A stretch of DNA of 64,000 bases from Lama guanicoe (lineage: Eukaryota): assembly GCA_013239625.1 (NCBI GenBank), contig MU053810.1:1311320-1375319 (forward strand), in the 5' to 3' direction. Position 1 is the stretch's first letter, and each line of letters opens with the position of its first letter. This document shows positions 13,240 to 26,689 of the stretch, piece after piece. Below the pieces are notes generated by a model. The model ran no database searches and was not told where the DNA came from. It saw nothing but the letters and a program-made list of their open reading frames with translations. Position numbers and translations under genes: made by a program.

Positions 13240-14600
13240 TCATTTATTCATTTAATTTCATTCATTCACAAACCTTTGTTGAGGATGTAATGTGTGTCAT
13301 ACATTGTGTTGGGCATGGGTGATACAGATGACCATGGCATGGTGCAAGCTCAGGTTGCTAGACACATTCCAGATTACTGAAGGAGATTAGTAAGTGATGG
13401 TTGGAGACACCATGTGGTAAGTTCTGTGACCAAGATAAACATAGCATTATTGAATACATAGGGTGTTTCCTAACAGTGGTGCTAGAGAGCATATACGTTT
13501 TAAGAAGAAAAGTGATTGCAGAGCCAAATTTGGAAAGGCAGGTAATCATTAGGCAAGTAGAGTAGGGGTTCTTGATTCCAGTAAGGAGTATTCCAAGAAT
13601 AGAGTAGAGGTTTGATTGAAACATATTCCATTTAGCTAGAGTAGAGTTTGTGGTGAGAAATGTAGAAATAAGTTGGGAGAGAGAAGCAGGGACTAGGTCT
13701 TGAAGAGTCCTCCCACATCAAGCCAGTGATACAGACGTGTTTAAGTAGTACATGGGATGGACTGGAGTCCCATGAGGGGCTGGTGAGGAGATATTACAGT
13801 TGAAAGATAAAGAAATTGATTAGATCAGTGGCATGATGTAAAGACTATGAATAGACGTAAGAGACAGTCATGTGAAAAGGAAAAGAAAATTATCAAGAAT
13901 TGTTTCCACGTTTCTGATTTGGGCAGTGAGACAGCTGATCTTCCAGTTCTTGAGCTGGGAAACATAGGAGGAGAAGGACCTCTTAGGATCAGAACATGGT
14001 TTCATTTTTTAAACATGTGTTTATGGTTATCAGTAACACATCCACATGAAAGTGTTCAAAGATGGGTGTCCGGAGCTCAGGAAAGAGATAAAGCAAGATA
14101 TATAAAGATACAGAGCTATCAGCATATAATGATTGAAGCTGTGGATATAAATTAGATAACAGAGAGAGGGAAAAAATAAGGTGGCAGGCAGAACCCTAAT
14201 GAACACTTGAAGGACAGTTAGGCAAAACCAAACATGCAAAGACGCTGAGATGTGGTCATAGACAGAGGAGGACAACCAGGAGAGTTATGATCTTAAATCA
14301 GGGAAAAAGGATTAAGTATCAGAGAGAATTCACAGGTGCGAATGTTTCTGAGTGATCATGTGAGATGAGGAAGGAAAAAAAAACCAGACAGGGAAAAATA
14401 AAAAAATGGTTGCTGGTGACCTTGGGGAGAGGACATGCTGTGGATGGGAGGGCAGAGTTGTGGAGCTGGTCTTTTGTGGAGAAGATGGGAGATGGCAAAG
14501 AGGGAGTCCAGCTATAGAAAACTTTTTCAAGAAGCTGGCGTTTAGAGTGGGAGGTAGGACAAAATTAGAGGTTTGGTTGTTGGTTTGTTTTGAGAGGTTT
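13240..14600 (-). mobile_element. L2 LINE, 3' portion, antisense
   Basis: Starts with a (ttca)n-type L2 terminus (tcatttattcatttaatttcattcattcacaaac), followed by a long purine-rich antisense L2 body. Confidence 0.75.
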
Positions 14601-14979
14601 GCACATATTTTAGTGTTGCAGGAATAGAATTCTGAGATGTTGGCAATTTTAAGCAGAAAAATCAATAGCAATTAATACGTGAAGTCCTTTTATTCTTGCG
14701 AAAATAAAAGTTCAGTGATCAGAATGTTTAAACAAACCTGTAGTGAGTTCAACATTTAAAAATACTTCATATTTAATATTGTCTTTCTATTGGAAACTTG
14801 TTTTGAAATAAACTGAAGTAATACTTCGTTAACCAAAAATGCCCCATTTCCCTAAAATAGGTGGGAAAGTAGGCATGATTTAATTCTATGGGAAAAATCA
14901 CACAAAACCAAGAACATTCTTCTTACTGATATTCCTCTGTTAGCAATCTATTCACCAAGAAGATTTCAACTTTATCAGA

Positions 14980-15400
14980 TGTATCTGCCAATATCCCGGC
15001 AAGAAATAGATGGCACATTGGTATTATATAATTTGAGAAGGCTTGAATCAAGGGATTATTATTAGGGGAATAGTATGCATAGGGAAACCACAAGGAATAG
15101 TAACAGCAGGGCCTTTTATCACTCATGGAGCAAAGGATGTAAGAGGAGGAATCAGTTGTCGGAACCTAGAGTCAAAGAGAGCTACTTGATAAAAGATGTG
15201 GCATTTGGTTATGGGGAGCTCTAGCCAGGTAATCTCACAGTCTCTTTTCTCTGCATTAACCTCCTGGTGGTGGTACCCATCAACCAAACCCAACTAAAGC
15301 TAGAAGGCAAAGAAGCATGTTGATGTATCCTTAGAGTTCAATCTCTGATGGAGAGAAGGGGGAGAATGGATCAGGAGGGGTGCATGGAAGCTATCCATCC
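14980..15400 (-). mobile_element. Ancient ERVL LTR (LTR33-like)
   Basis: cccggcaagaaatagatggcaca...aaccaaacccaactaaagctagaaggcaaagaagc...gagaatggatcaggagggg. Reverse-complement similarity to 46720-47230. Confidence 0.65.
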
Positions 15401-17655
15401 ATGATAGATACAACAGTGAAAAACAGATAGGGAAGTAGATATTTTTCCTGCTCCGCAATTTTGATTTATTTTCCAATAGTAATTGAAGTGTCTTAGGAAG
15501 TTGAGTGCCACTTCTGAAGACTGGGAATGGATCATGCCCTTAAGACTTGGGGATCAACCTTTATCATCAACATTTTGATTTTTTTGACCTTTCCATTTGT
15601 TAGCTATGATCCCAGCATCCTTTGGTGCTTCTCAGTGACAGTGCAAAGGTCTCCCTCTGCATTTGACAGCTTCTTACAAAAGTATTCCTTAGTTTATTCA
15701 GCATTAAAGTCAGGGTGATTAAGCCTGTTTTACAGTGGTATTGGAGAATGAAATGAATTAATATGGTAAAGTGAATGATCTAAACATAATAAATTACTAT
15801 CCTGTCCCCATTAAATTGTCTTTCTAGTTTTACCAGAATTATTTCAGCTGCTATTTCGATAAGAGTAGTGATGGGTTTTAGGTCAGGGATAGAGCACACA
15901 CACATCCTGCTCTGTGCTAGGTGTGCGCATGCCTGGAAGGGCTCATAGCCGTCCTTCTCATGGTTCAAGACCGTAGTTCCTCTGCTGTTAGAAATGTTAA
16001 TCTACCACACTTGAATTTTCATTGTAATAGGAAATGGATACACACCCATAGTCACGCTTGCTTTACTTCTGTGTATATGTTCTATGCAGCAACTATCATC
16101 TTCAAAAGGGATTTTGCTTTGGGGCAGTAACTCCAGTGAACCATTCATGAGTTGCTTAATGTATCATCTACCTGAGCAAATGAGCTAAAAGCCATAAAAT
16201 GCTGTGTGTCACTTAGCTTATTTCGGTGAGGCGTATCGACCTCTAGGATGACAGCAGATTAAATAAGTATTTTTATAGACATCAAAATACAGTGTTTGAG
16301 AGAGAGTGTGGCAAAAGTAGATATTGTCCAAAGAAACATTTTGAAACCTGAGTTTCCTATAAATCTTATGTATAGCTTATTTGGACTAATTTTGGAGAAG
16401 TTTTTGTTGTTTGTATATTAATAATGGAGGGTAAAAAGAAAGTAATGACTCAGTTTGTTTCCCTGCATTCAGTCCTTTGCTGTCTAAGCGTCACTAAGTA
16501 TTCATTGCATACAGGATTTATTTTCCACCTACTTTTAAAAGGAAATGTTATGCCATTTAAAATGCCACAGAAACTAAGATTTTAGTTTCCGATTTCATAA
16601 AGTAAAAGGTCAGTTTTTAACTATCTAAACTGTAAACTTTCTATAAAAAGGAAAAAGTAAAACTTTTTACAAATTGAAATCATTTATTTTCTTATATTCT
16701 TTTTAAAAATGTGTTTCAGTGCTATTTGGGCCAAAGCTGAGCATTTATACCACTTACATGTTAGAACTCTTCATTGTATAGTCAACTTGAAAATAAGCCG
16801 AGAGTCACACTGGAAATTGTGTTAAAGACTATGGATGAATCAGTATTTCTGAGAGAAGGGTCCAAAATAATGCTTTACAAGTAGGGTATCTATCATCTTT
16901 GTGTACAAATTTCAACATATTTAAATCCATAAAACTATCACCTTCTTTGATCTCTCAGCCCCTTCAGTGCAAAACAATGATAAACAGTATGTATACACAC
17001 ATACATGGATATATAGATGCATGGATGTATTTACACGTTCATTTTTTTTTATAAACATCTCTTCATCTTATAATAAGAGTTGGGAAATTATTCTGTGTCT
17101 TAATTTACTTGGTCTGCAGTATGATTTATCTCGTCAGCGTATATCCTAAAACTATTCACTCTTTAGAAAAGCTTAAAGATCAGCTCTTCTCCTGGAACCT
17201 TAGCCATTTCTACTGTTTGGTCTCAGCCTCATTTTTGAAATTTGTCTGAACTGCCTCTTTACACAAACTCCCTAAAGGCAGACTGCTTTACTCACTGGTC
17301 CAATATCAGACTTACTGATTCCCATCCTGTGGACATTATTCCTACTCTGCTAAGTGGCTTTTTTCTAGAAACATTAAAATTTAAAACGTATCTCAGACTC
17401 TATGCTTATTGTCAGTGTTGACAGACTTCCCTGCCTATGTGTATAACGTGACAGGACACACAGCTGGGAGATGATTCTGTTGACAAACCTTTCTGAAAAA
17501 AATTTCAATTTAATAAATTCCAATTTAATACATTGACATTTTCTTCATATAGAGCTCTAATATATCATTTAAATAGAGGGCTAGAAAATGAGGGGTAAAG
17601 CAATAAACTGTCTTACTATTTTATTAGAAAAAATTCATTCTTTTAAAAAAGGTGA

Positions 17656-17814
<159 letters not shown>

Positions 17815-20204
17815 TAACGTATTCTTTGCAGTATAAGCCGGTAATGTAACCTGCACTGGATAAAGATACTAAAACTTGAAGTTCTAAATAATGACAAGCG
17901 TGGAATAATTGAATTACTATTATTGATTTGGAGGCAGGAAGAATGTTAACATTAATTTACTACATTTATAAAAAGTGTACAAGTATGTAATATAATGAAT
18001 TCATGCTTATTCTACATAAACAATGTTCATGAAATAAATATCAAACACTTAATTTCAGTTGAATATAATTAAAGATTATTAGTATTTAATAATCTCTTCT
18101 ATGCAAATTGCTAGTTTCTATAATAAGGAAACCCCTACATAATCTGTTATTAATTTTTTTTAATTAAATTTCTTACTTCTTCATAAGAGCTCCCTGTTTG
18201 CATGATCTATTCATGTTTAAAAGTCAACTTATCAAATTTTTAGGCTAACTTTTAAACGTTTTTCTTTTTTCTGACCCTGGAACATTTGTAAGGACTGATA
18301 ATATGTTTTTGTGATTATGCTTTTATCGAAACAGCTTTGATATTCTCTAATTTATTGTAGTCCATTGTTAACATCTCTCTGCTGAGTAACTGAATTTTTA
18401 TTTCATGCAGGAGATATATAAAATAAAAGACAGAGGCATTGTAAACTAAAAGATAATATAAATTGGTAATAAAAGATACATTCAATTATATTTTCTAAAT
18501 AAATTGGAGATACTTCATATCAAAAGTCGGAAAAAACATATTCTTCATATATTTCAAGAGAGAACGTTATAAAATAAGCGACAAAAGTATGATGATTATA
18601 ATCAAATCATACTGTAAAAACATCTATTTTTTTATGCTGCTAAAAATGAGTACTCGCACAACACTGAATTTTGTAAGTGCAAAGGGAAATCAAGAAGTGA
18701 GCAAGTCTGAGCCCATAAAATATGCAAAGATGAATGCTTTTTGGCATCATTTCTCTGCTAGGCATGCTTATATACATCAGATTAGACACCCAAAAGAAAA
18801 TACTCTTAGTCTCTCCAGAGAGTAAGAAAGATACTAATGAGATAGTCCCATTTTTGGAAACTGTCAAGACAACAGCACTTGTGTCTAGTACCCAAATTTA
18901 TTTACATATAAGTGAGATTTTCTTCAAGACAGTCCTATATGAGAACAAATATATTGATTGCAACATGTTATGGTTCACTGTCTACTTTGACATGTTCTAC
19001 CTCTAAAAATACAGTCAGAAAAACACAAGAGCTGTCATTCATACTGTGTGATAGACAACCTGCAGGTAATAATATAGAACACATTTTTGTTGTCCATCAT
19101 CTCAGCCACTCACCAATTCACGTGCAGTTCATTTTCGAAGTGCAAGTCATACTGCCGAGTGAAATAAAGTAGTGAAACAGTTTTCAGAAATAAAATCCTT
19201 ATTATTATGTTATGTGTTCTCTACTTATGTTTTCTATGCTTTTTAGATTGTCCATCAAATCTGATAAAGTCAAGGCTTCTGTTTTCAAGAATGTCTAACC
19301 CTAATCCATGCTAAGATGTGTCAATGTATATTATACCTTCCTCTTTCTTTCCAAACACCATATTATTTTAAGGTCAGCATTTCATAGACTTTCATGAGTC
19401 CAGTCTTTTCAGCAACCAGTAATCCTCCCAGTGGTCACATAACATATGGTGAGCATCTGGTCTCCCCTCACCTCGAGGTTTAAGTCATCCCCAGAAACAT
19501 CAATTCCAGGCCGTGCGTGAGTGTTGCAGGTTAAGTATATTTCAGTGAGTCCTGTCTATTCCCAGGTTACATGTTATTTTTAAGTTTTGGTTGCTTATGC
19601 AACAAAATTATTGAACAGACTAAGCCCACTTTAATTTAAATTGAAAGTCTTTTTCTAGTCATTTGCAGTAGTAGAGGCTAAGAAAAGTTATATTAAGATG
19701 ATACTATAGTTATGACAATCATCTATTAGAAGGTGAACTAGGGAAAGGCCCTAAAATATGTAACTATAGGACAGGGTATTATGAATTTAATTGGATGTAT
19801 GAATAATAATAGTAATAATAATAATATAGCTTGATAAAGGTTCAGAACGTTTTGAAATCCAAACCAAAACATAACACAGAAACTTCTCGTACAGGTACTA
19901 TGGAGCTATTTCAAGTTTTTGCAATATGGTTAATCCCCTCTGCAGTCCCTATGCTGAGATTTCCAGACAAAGAAAATGATTTCTGCCCGCTGGGAATTTG
20001 ATTTGCCGCACAGGCTTCTGGTGAACTCTTAGAATCCACAGATCTCCTGAAACATGCAGTTTATTGTGTATAGGTATATTTAATCCATGACAGTGTATAA
20101 ATGCCATACAATAGAAGGGGGTTCCTGATCCCATAATACTAAGAAATCCAAGGAGTGATAGAAATTCTGAACTGCATAGCAGATCTTTTGACATTTTTAA
20201 ACTA

Positions 20205-20420
20205 ACAAGATTTGGAGTTAGAGGACCAGCATTTAGTTCAATATCTGCTGCCTTCCTTGCTATTAACTTGAGCAAATTATATCATTAGCCAGTTTCCTCC
20301 TCCATGAAAAAGGCTAAATATGGAATACACCAGATAGTGTTATGAGGATTACATGAGGTAACACGGGTAAAGCTCTTGGGGCAGTCTCTGACATAGAGTG
20401 GGTCTTCAGAAAGCGGTAGT
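20205..20420 (+). mobile_element. MIR
   Basis: ttggagttagag...cttgagcaaatta...cagtttcctcctcc...gttatgaggattacatgag...gtaaagctcttgg. Confidence 0.75.
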
Positions 20421-20804
20421 GGTGATGGTGATCTTGATGATAGAGGGAGAAATTAAAAGGAGGAGAATTTGGAGAGAGCGATAGTAATAGATATTAGGTT
20501 TCTCAAAGAACCCCCAAATATAGAGAGATGGATGAGAACAATCATGTACTACTTTACGCATACCATTCGCTAGTGGATAAATAAACTTAATTTTATCCTC
20601 TCAGAAGTCCTATACAGAAGGTCATCCTCACTTTAAACATGGAAAATTTTATACTTAAAGTACCCAGCCCAACATAAGTCATTAACTAAGCCAGGTGTCA
20701 CAGAGGGAAAAATCAGCACTCGCATGGCTCTCAGTCTTCCCAGCAATCCAGTATGGAATAGCCATCACGTTCCTAGTCTCCATACAATTGAGAAAGAAAA
20801 AAAA

Positions 20805-20833
20805 ATATATATATATATAGTGTGTGTGTGTGT
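20805..20833. repeat. (TA)n(TG)n compound microsatellite
   Basis: Directly visible. Confidence 0.85.
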
Positions 20834-21089
20834 CTAATTGCTAATTATTTAGATTTAAGTTTAAAAGTCACTTTTGTGTTTTATACTGATCGCTTGTCCA
20901 GCTTATATGTGATTGCCTGATTGTCCCAAGTAATACACCAGCATGGGATTGGACGTGAATCCTTTCTAGAATAATGTTTCCATGTAGTTAATTATGAGTT
21001 TATTTGGCCTCCAGGCACATGGAATATAGCAGTATAAACATATACTATAACATATTCTTAAACATATACTGTGAGTTTGGTGTTCGTTC

Positions 21090-21270
21090 TAACATTCTCA
21101 ACAACCCTATGAGATTGGTTTGATCTCAGCAACCCTATTTTAATCTCATTTGATGAAGAGAAACCAGAGGCGCTGAGAGATTAACTACCCTACTGTATAT
21201 TACACAGCTAATAAACTGAGCTGGGGTTTCAGCTCAGGTGGTCTGGCTCTGGTGCCTGCAGCCTTCACAG
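21090..21270 (-). mobile_element. MIR, antisense
   Basis: ctcaacaaccctatgag...tgatgaagagaaaccagaggcgctgagagattaact...acacagctaataa...gtctggctct. Confidence 0.7.
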
Positions 21271-22207
21271 CTAAGAAAGCTTCCTGTATTATTTATTATG
21301 ATGTATCCAGTGCCTAGCTGAGTGCCACACATTGAATCAGGGCTCATATAGATGTGCTGAATTACAAATCAAAAACAGCAGAAGTATCTATGACATATTG
21401 ATGCTATGATGGTCCCACTGGGGAAGACTGGTATCTTACAAGAGAGAAGGTGTTGGGAAAAAAAAAGCCAAGAAGAGCAACTAGGGGATTAAATGAGTAG
21501 GGAAATTGACAGGTCTTAGGCGGTCGGGATTGTGTAGTGATGATAAAGGAGACAGTGTAAAGGAAAGCACCACGAGGAGAAATCACTAACCACTTCTACA
21601 GCCATACCTGCGTGAAAATATGTAGCTTCTTTTTAACGTACAAAGAAAGCATCTTTGAAAATAAGTGTTTGTGCTAACCTAGAACTCGAGAATGATACAA
21701 GCAGCAGCCTAAGCAGGGCCAGGCAAAGAGGATCAATTTGAGCTGTGCTGATGTCCGTCATGGACGTGGAGGTCGGACATGTGCGTGCACACAAGTGACA
21801 TTTTATCAAAACAAGTCACCCACGTGAAGCACTTGTCTGCCGTGATACAGTGACGGCTGTGTGGAACTGAAGACATGTTTCAGTAAAGAAAAAAAAATTC
21901 AGTATAATCACAGATATGTCCTGCAGACACATTCTAAATAAGTAGATTGTCCCTAATGCAGGAGAGAAAAAAAGTCTCTTGTGATCAAGCACTGGGGCTG
22001 TAAAGAACATGAACATGTCCAGGACAGCAGGGGCCATTGAATGAATTTGAGGGGTACAGGAAATAGCCTGAATTCTTGTGCTTCTAGCAGCTAGGAAGCA
22101 ATTTACCCTCAGTGATTGGACTTAATGCAATGACTAACAGTAACATGTCCCCATTCCTCCTAATAATATTTCTAATCAACTGTGGTTTTTGTGATGCTTC
22201 TTTTTAG

Positions 22208-22274
22208 AGTGTCCAAGAGGTTACTGCAGGAATGGCGGGACTTGTATAGTGGAGAAAATCGGTCCTATGTGTCG
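22208..22274 (+). CDS. MALRD1: Internal coding exon (67 bp, phase 1-2) encoding the N-terminal part of an EGF-like domain
   Basis: Acceptor cttctttttag| and donor |gtaaga. In frame: (E)CPRGYCRNGGTCIVEKIGPMC(R), with the typical EGF CxNGGTC motif. Confidence 0.93.
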
Positions 22275-24249
22275 GTAAGAAGCATTGCCTTTTTTTTTTA
22301 ACGTTTATTATAGTTGGCTTATTTTTCTTGAGGCTGATACAACAGAACATCAATGAACATACAGTTACTGAAGTAAAGATAATGGATAATGGCACTATTT
22401 ACATTTATCTGCCTGAATAAGAAAGGAAGATGTGAGTGTGTTTTACAAAAATACCAATTATTTCACATGCTTTTATGTCTCCCAACATTTTGTATTGTAC
22501 GGGATATATAGTTTTAGTAATACTCATTATTCCTTGTTTTTAATATTCATGTCAGGCTATAAAAAGATTTTATGTGGGTATCATCCTATTTGAGGTGAAC
22601 TTAGCGTCTGTATTTCCTCTCTCTTTATTTCAAATTCCATATTTTTCTTTTCTAACAAGAGCAGTATAAAATTAATTCGTAAATAAAATCTTTTTTAGGT
22701 TTATTCAGTGGATGTTTATGAGTAGCTAAAGTTAAGGTACAGATAAGGAATACATTTGCATACTTAAAGCAAAAATAAACAAAAACCAGTTTTTGTGATT
22801 TCTTCTGGGAATTATTTATATTGCATATCAAAGATGGCTTGAGTTTTGTTCTCTCACCTTTAGGGAATTGTGCAAAGCAGTTTCATAAATTCCAAAGGAA
22901 ATGATGCATATTCCATTATATTTGTGTTTATGACTTTTTAATCTCGCCGACCAATGGATATATTACTTTGCTTATTAGAGGCATGGTTGCAGATTGACAC
23001 ACAAGTCATAACAAAGCATGCAGAAGTCTCTGGAAAACACTGATTAATAGTTGTTTAAATTCTTATATCCTCTGAGTCAACAACCATATTTTAGGAAAAG
23101 TTGTTTATCCCTAAAAAAGCAAAAACCTCTACCAATTAAAACAGCAACCAAAAATTCTATGAGATAGACATTGTTTTAACACTGTTGAAATGGAAATATT
23201 AGTGGGTTTCTTGAAGTATTTAGCTCTCATATTCATGACATAATTTATCCCACAAGATCTTAACAAAATTGTACTCTTCCCTGAATCATTTTTTTTAATG
23301 GGAATTAAACTTAACACAAACTATAACTAGATGGAAAGATGGGATGCGTAATGTTAATTTTTAAAAATCTCTTGAGAGAAATTGAGCATGATGGCATAAT
23401 GTTTACTGAACAGCAGCTGAGTGGGTAATGTTACCTAGGGTCAACTGTTTACAGTAAGGAGGTTTGAACTTTTGTCTTCTTTATGTTATTTGTCTTTATG
23501 TTATTTATGTTTTTGTCTTCTTTCTTGTTAGGCAAGAAAGCTCCCAACGGTAGTTAGTCTCAGCTGAGCAAGCACACAGTTGTACATTCTTGACAACATC
23601 CTTGTGTATTTAAATAAACTTTAAAAATTGAAATCCAGATGGTGATGTCCAAAACTTGTTTCTCTCAAGTGAGAAAACTCTAATGTGGGAGAGGAAGCTG
23701 GGACAGGACTTTTGAGAGAAAGATGGACTAAAGAAAGGAAGTCAGTGTGGCAAAATGTGTAACAGAATTCACTCGCCAGAAAGCTACTCAAATATTTTAA
23801 TATATTATTTTTGATAGTAAATGATACTTTCCAAATAGCTAAATAACTGTCATTGCCATCAATATAAACAGACTGTCTGGAATGAGGGCTATCTACTTAC
23901 ATAGGGGTGAAAAAATCACTTTTGAAAATTCCTTTTCATGTTGTAAAATGGTAGTCTCTTCATTTAAATGCTCATTTCTTTAGAACTGAACAGCAAAAGT
24001 GATACATGTCCATTGTAATCAAGTCTTTTAAAAACATGAGGCAAAAAGTAGAAACCTCAGCATATAAATCCCACTTTTCAGTTTTATGCCTTCCATCCAC
24101 GTGGTTTTCCTTTCACAAACACGTACACATGTAAGCACACGTGTCTCTTACAGAAATGTGAATTACACTTTATAATACACTTTGAACTGTGTGGTTTTTT
24201 TTAATCTCTTCGTGAAATATTGTGCTGCTCTTCCATGTCAGTAACATGA

Positions 24250-24515
24250 CTCTAGCCCCACTGCTTACTGGCTGTGTACTGTTGGGTGTAGACCCCCGCT
24301 TACTGGCTGTGTAGTGTCAGGCATGTACCCCCTGATTACTGGCTGTATAGTGTTGGGTAAAACCCTTCATCAGACTGTTTCCGTCTCTTCTTTGGTAAAA
24401 TCGAGAAAATAACAGCACCTGCCTCATAAAGTCATTGTGAGTTTTAAAGGGGTTAATATGTGTAAGACGTTCTGACACATAAAACACATTCTAGAAAATC
24501 TAGCCATCAGTATTA
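24250..24515 (+). mobile_element. MIR with internal triplicated ~35-bp unit
   Basis: cttactggctgtgt-type unit three times (24256-24365), then MIR core gtaaaatcgagaaaataacagcacctgcctcata...gtcattgtgag. Confidence 0.75.
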
Positions 24516-25727
24516 TTATGTCACTGATTTTAGTCTGTGTGTTATACACCATTTAATATATAGGCTTGTCATCATTTAATTAACCCTATTAATCCTACTA
24601 ATAGTTGTTTGGTTCCTAAATATTTTGTTTCACAATATCTTGCAATACCCATCCTTTGACTTACCTTGCACAACTCCTTCTTTGAAGCATAACATGTCTT
24701 ACTAAACTGTCAAATAACAGTGTAAATTATTTCTAATTGCACTTAGTGTCAGATTCATTTCCAATTACATTTCATGCCCAGTTCATTTGTCAATTACAGG
24801 CACTCATTTTTGGATTTAAGATTAAATGAAGACAGCTTTAGGGTACAGTTTCAGAGTAATTCTCGGGCACTGTGGAAAGGTGCTGGCTTTATGTCAAACC
24901 CTATTCTCTCACTCCCAGGAGTGGGAATTCATTATCTTTGTCACCCAAAGAAGTAAGGACAGAAGACCTCTCATCCAGGCCATTGTGAACACAAGAATTT
25001 CATGGTTCCCCAAAGAAGCCAATCACAAAAGCCTTTGGACTTCCTCTTGGGATCTAAGGTGACTTGAGAAAGAACCTTCAGGTTTTAATCTATAATCCCA
25101 GAGAAGAGAGACTTTATAAGGTCATTTGTGTTGCTAGGAGCTTATAATTATCCACAGAGTAGAAACTACTAGGTGAACCATGATTTTCCATTTCTTGAGA
25201 AATACCAACAGTTTGGCATCTTTGAGGGCTGAAGAAACAAACCATGAGCCAAAAGAGGTAAATTATCCCTCCCCTAATGAGGCTTGATTATTATACTATT
25301 TTGATACATCAATATATTAGAAAAATAGACTGGGCTATAAATATAAATTCCAAACTAATATGGAGGGCAGGAAAGAAGTTACAAGACAAAAAAATAGTCA
25401 AGTTAGTCAGGCTAAAAGAGAGAAATAGAAAACAGCATCAAGTTAAAATACATATATAATTATATTATATATTTATTTCATGTATTTCCATGATATAAAT
25501 ATTATATATTATGTTTATGTTTCATATATATTTAGTTTTAAGCAAGAACTGTATCTAGAAGAAGAACTGAAACAAGAGCTAAGACAAAAGATTTGGCAAA
25601 TGAAAGTAAAATAAACAGTAATCACCTTATTAATATAAAAAAAGCACAAAATTATAGTATAGGCACATTTTTAAAGGGGTGTATTGTTAAATTAAAATGA
25701 TACACTCTAAAAAGTTATAACAGGCAA

Positions 25728-25850
25728 GAATCTCTAAAAAAAACATAAATACAAAACAGAAACAGACTCACAGACATAGAATACAAACTTGTGGTTGCCA
25801 AGGGGGTGGGGGTGGGAAAGGACAGACTGAGATTTCAAAATGTAGAATAG
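25728..25850 (+). mobile_element. Internal fragment of lineage-specific L1 3' UTR, no tail
   Basis: aacataaatacaaaacagaaacagactcacagacatagaatacaaacttgtggttgccaagggg is nearly identical to 6872-6936. Confidence 0.85.
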
Positions 25851-25999
25851 GAAACTATTATATTAGAAAGGCACTTTAACCTGGAATTTAAAAGACAATA
25901 AAAATGGTGACTTCTCATTTCTCAACTTCTCGACATGGCGCTGTTTGGTAGGGAGTCCCTCTTTCTCTTTACCTACTCTGGAGAATCACTGGCCGCCCC

Positions 26000-26480
26000 T
26001 CTTCACTGTTATTTACTGGTCCCTTCTCTTTCCCCAGTGTCTAAATATTGGAGTGCTCCAATCCTCAGTGCTTGAAATCATTCTCTTTCTGCCTATCCTC
26101 ACTTTACTGCATGATACAAACTTGGATTAATTTACCGACTTTTGGCATACAGTTTATCAGTGACCTATTCCACTAAATTCCACATTCTTAAACTCACTTG
26201 CCAAGAAGACACCAGATTACATCTGGGTATCTATCTAACAGGTATCACAAATTGACACATCCAAAAAGGTTTTGCCTAGACAGGCCGTATTCTCCTCTTT
26301 CTCCAAGCTTTGCGCACACTGTTTCCTCTGCCTAGAGTTTTCTTTTTCTACCTGATTTTCCCAAAGGATGCCTTTTAATGCTTTAAGATCCAGTATAAAT
26401 GGCATTTTCTCTGGGAATCCTTTTCCATATCAACCAGGGAGAATGGCTCATTGTTCCTTATGGGCCCCTCTACTGTTTCC
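26000..26480 (+). mobile_element. L2 remnants
   Basis: ctaaatattggagtgctccaatcctcagtgcttg...ttctctttct; acatctgggtatcta...acaggtatcacaaattgacacatccaaaa. Confidence 0.55.
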
Positions 26481-26689
26481 CTCATTATGTTATTTTACAA
26501 GTCTTTGTTTTACTAAATTACCTATTGAAAACCTGCATTGTCTATCCTATTAAGAAATATATTTCTAATACAATTTTATCTTTTATGACTATCAGAATTG
26601 TTTTGCTCAATTTTTACTAGTTTTATATGTAAGAGTAGCTCTTGGACAGTTATGGTCATTGAAAATCTTTTTTTGTATATATATATATA

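Noticed and set aside
24256..24365. CRISPR-like repeat-spacer appearance
   Set aside because: Mammalian intron, units homologous along their length, MIR-derived, no cas genes.
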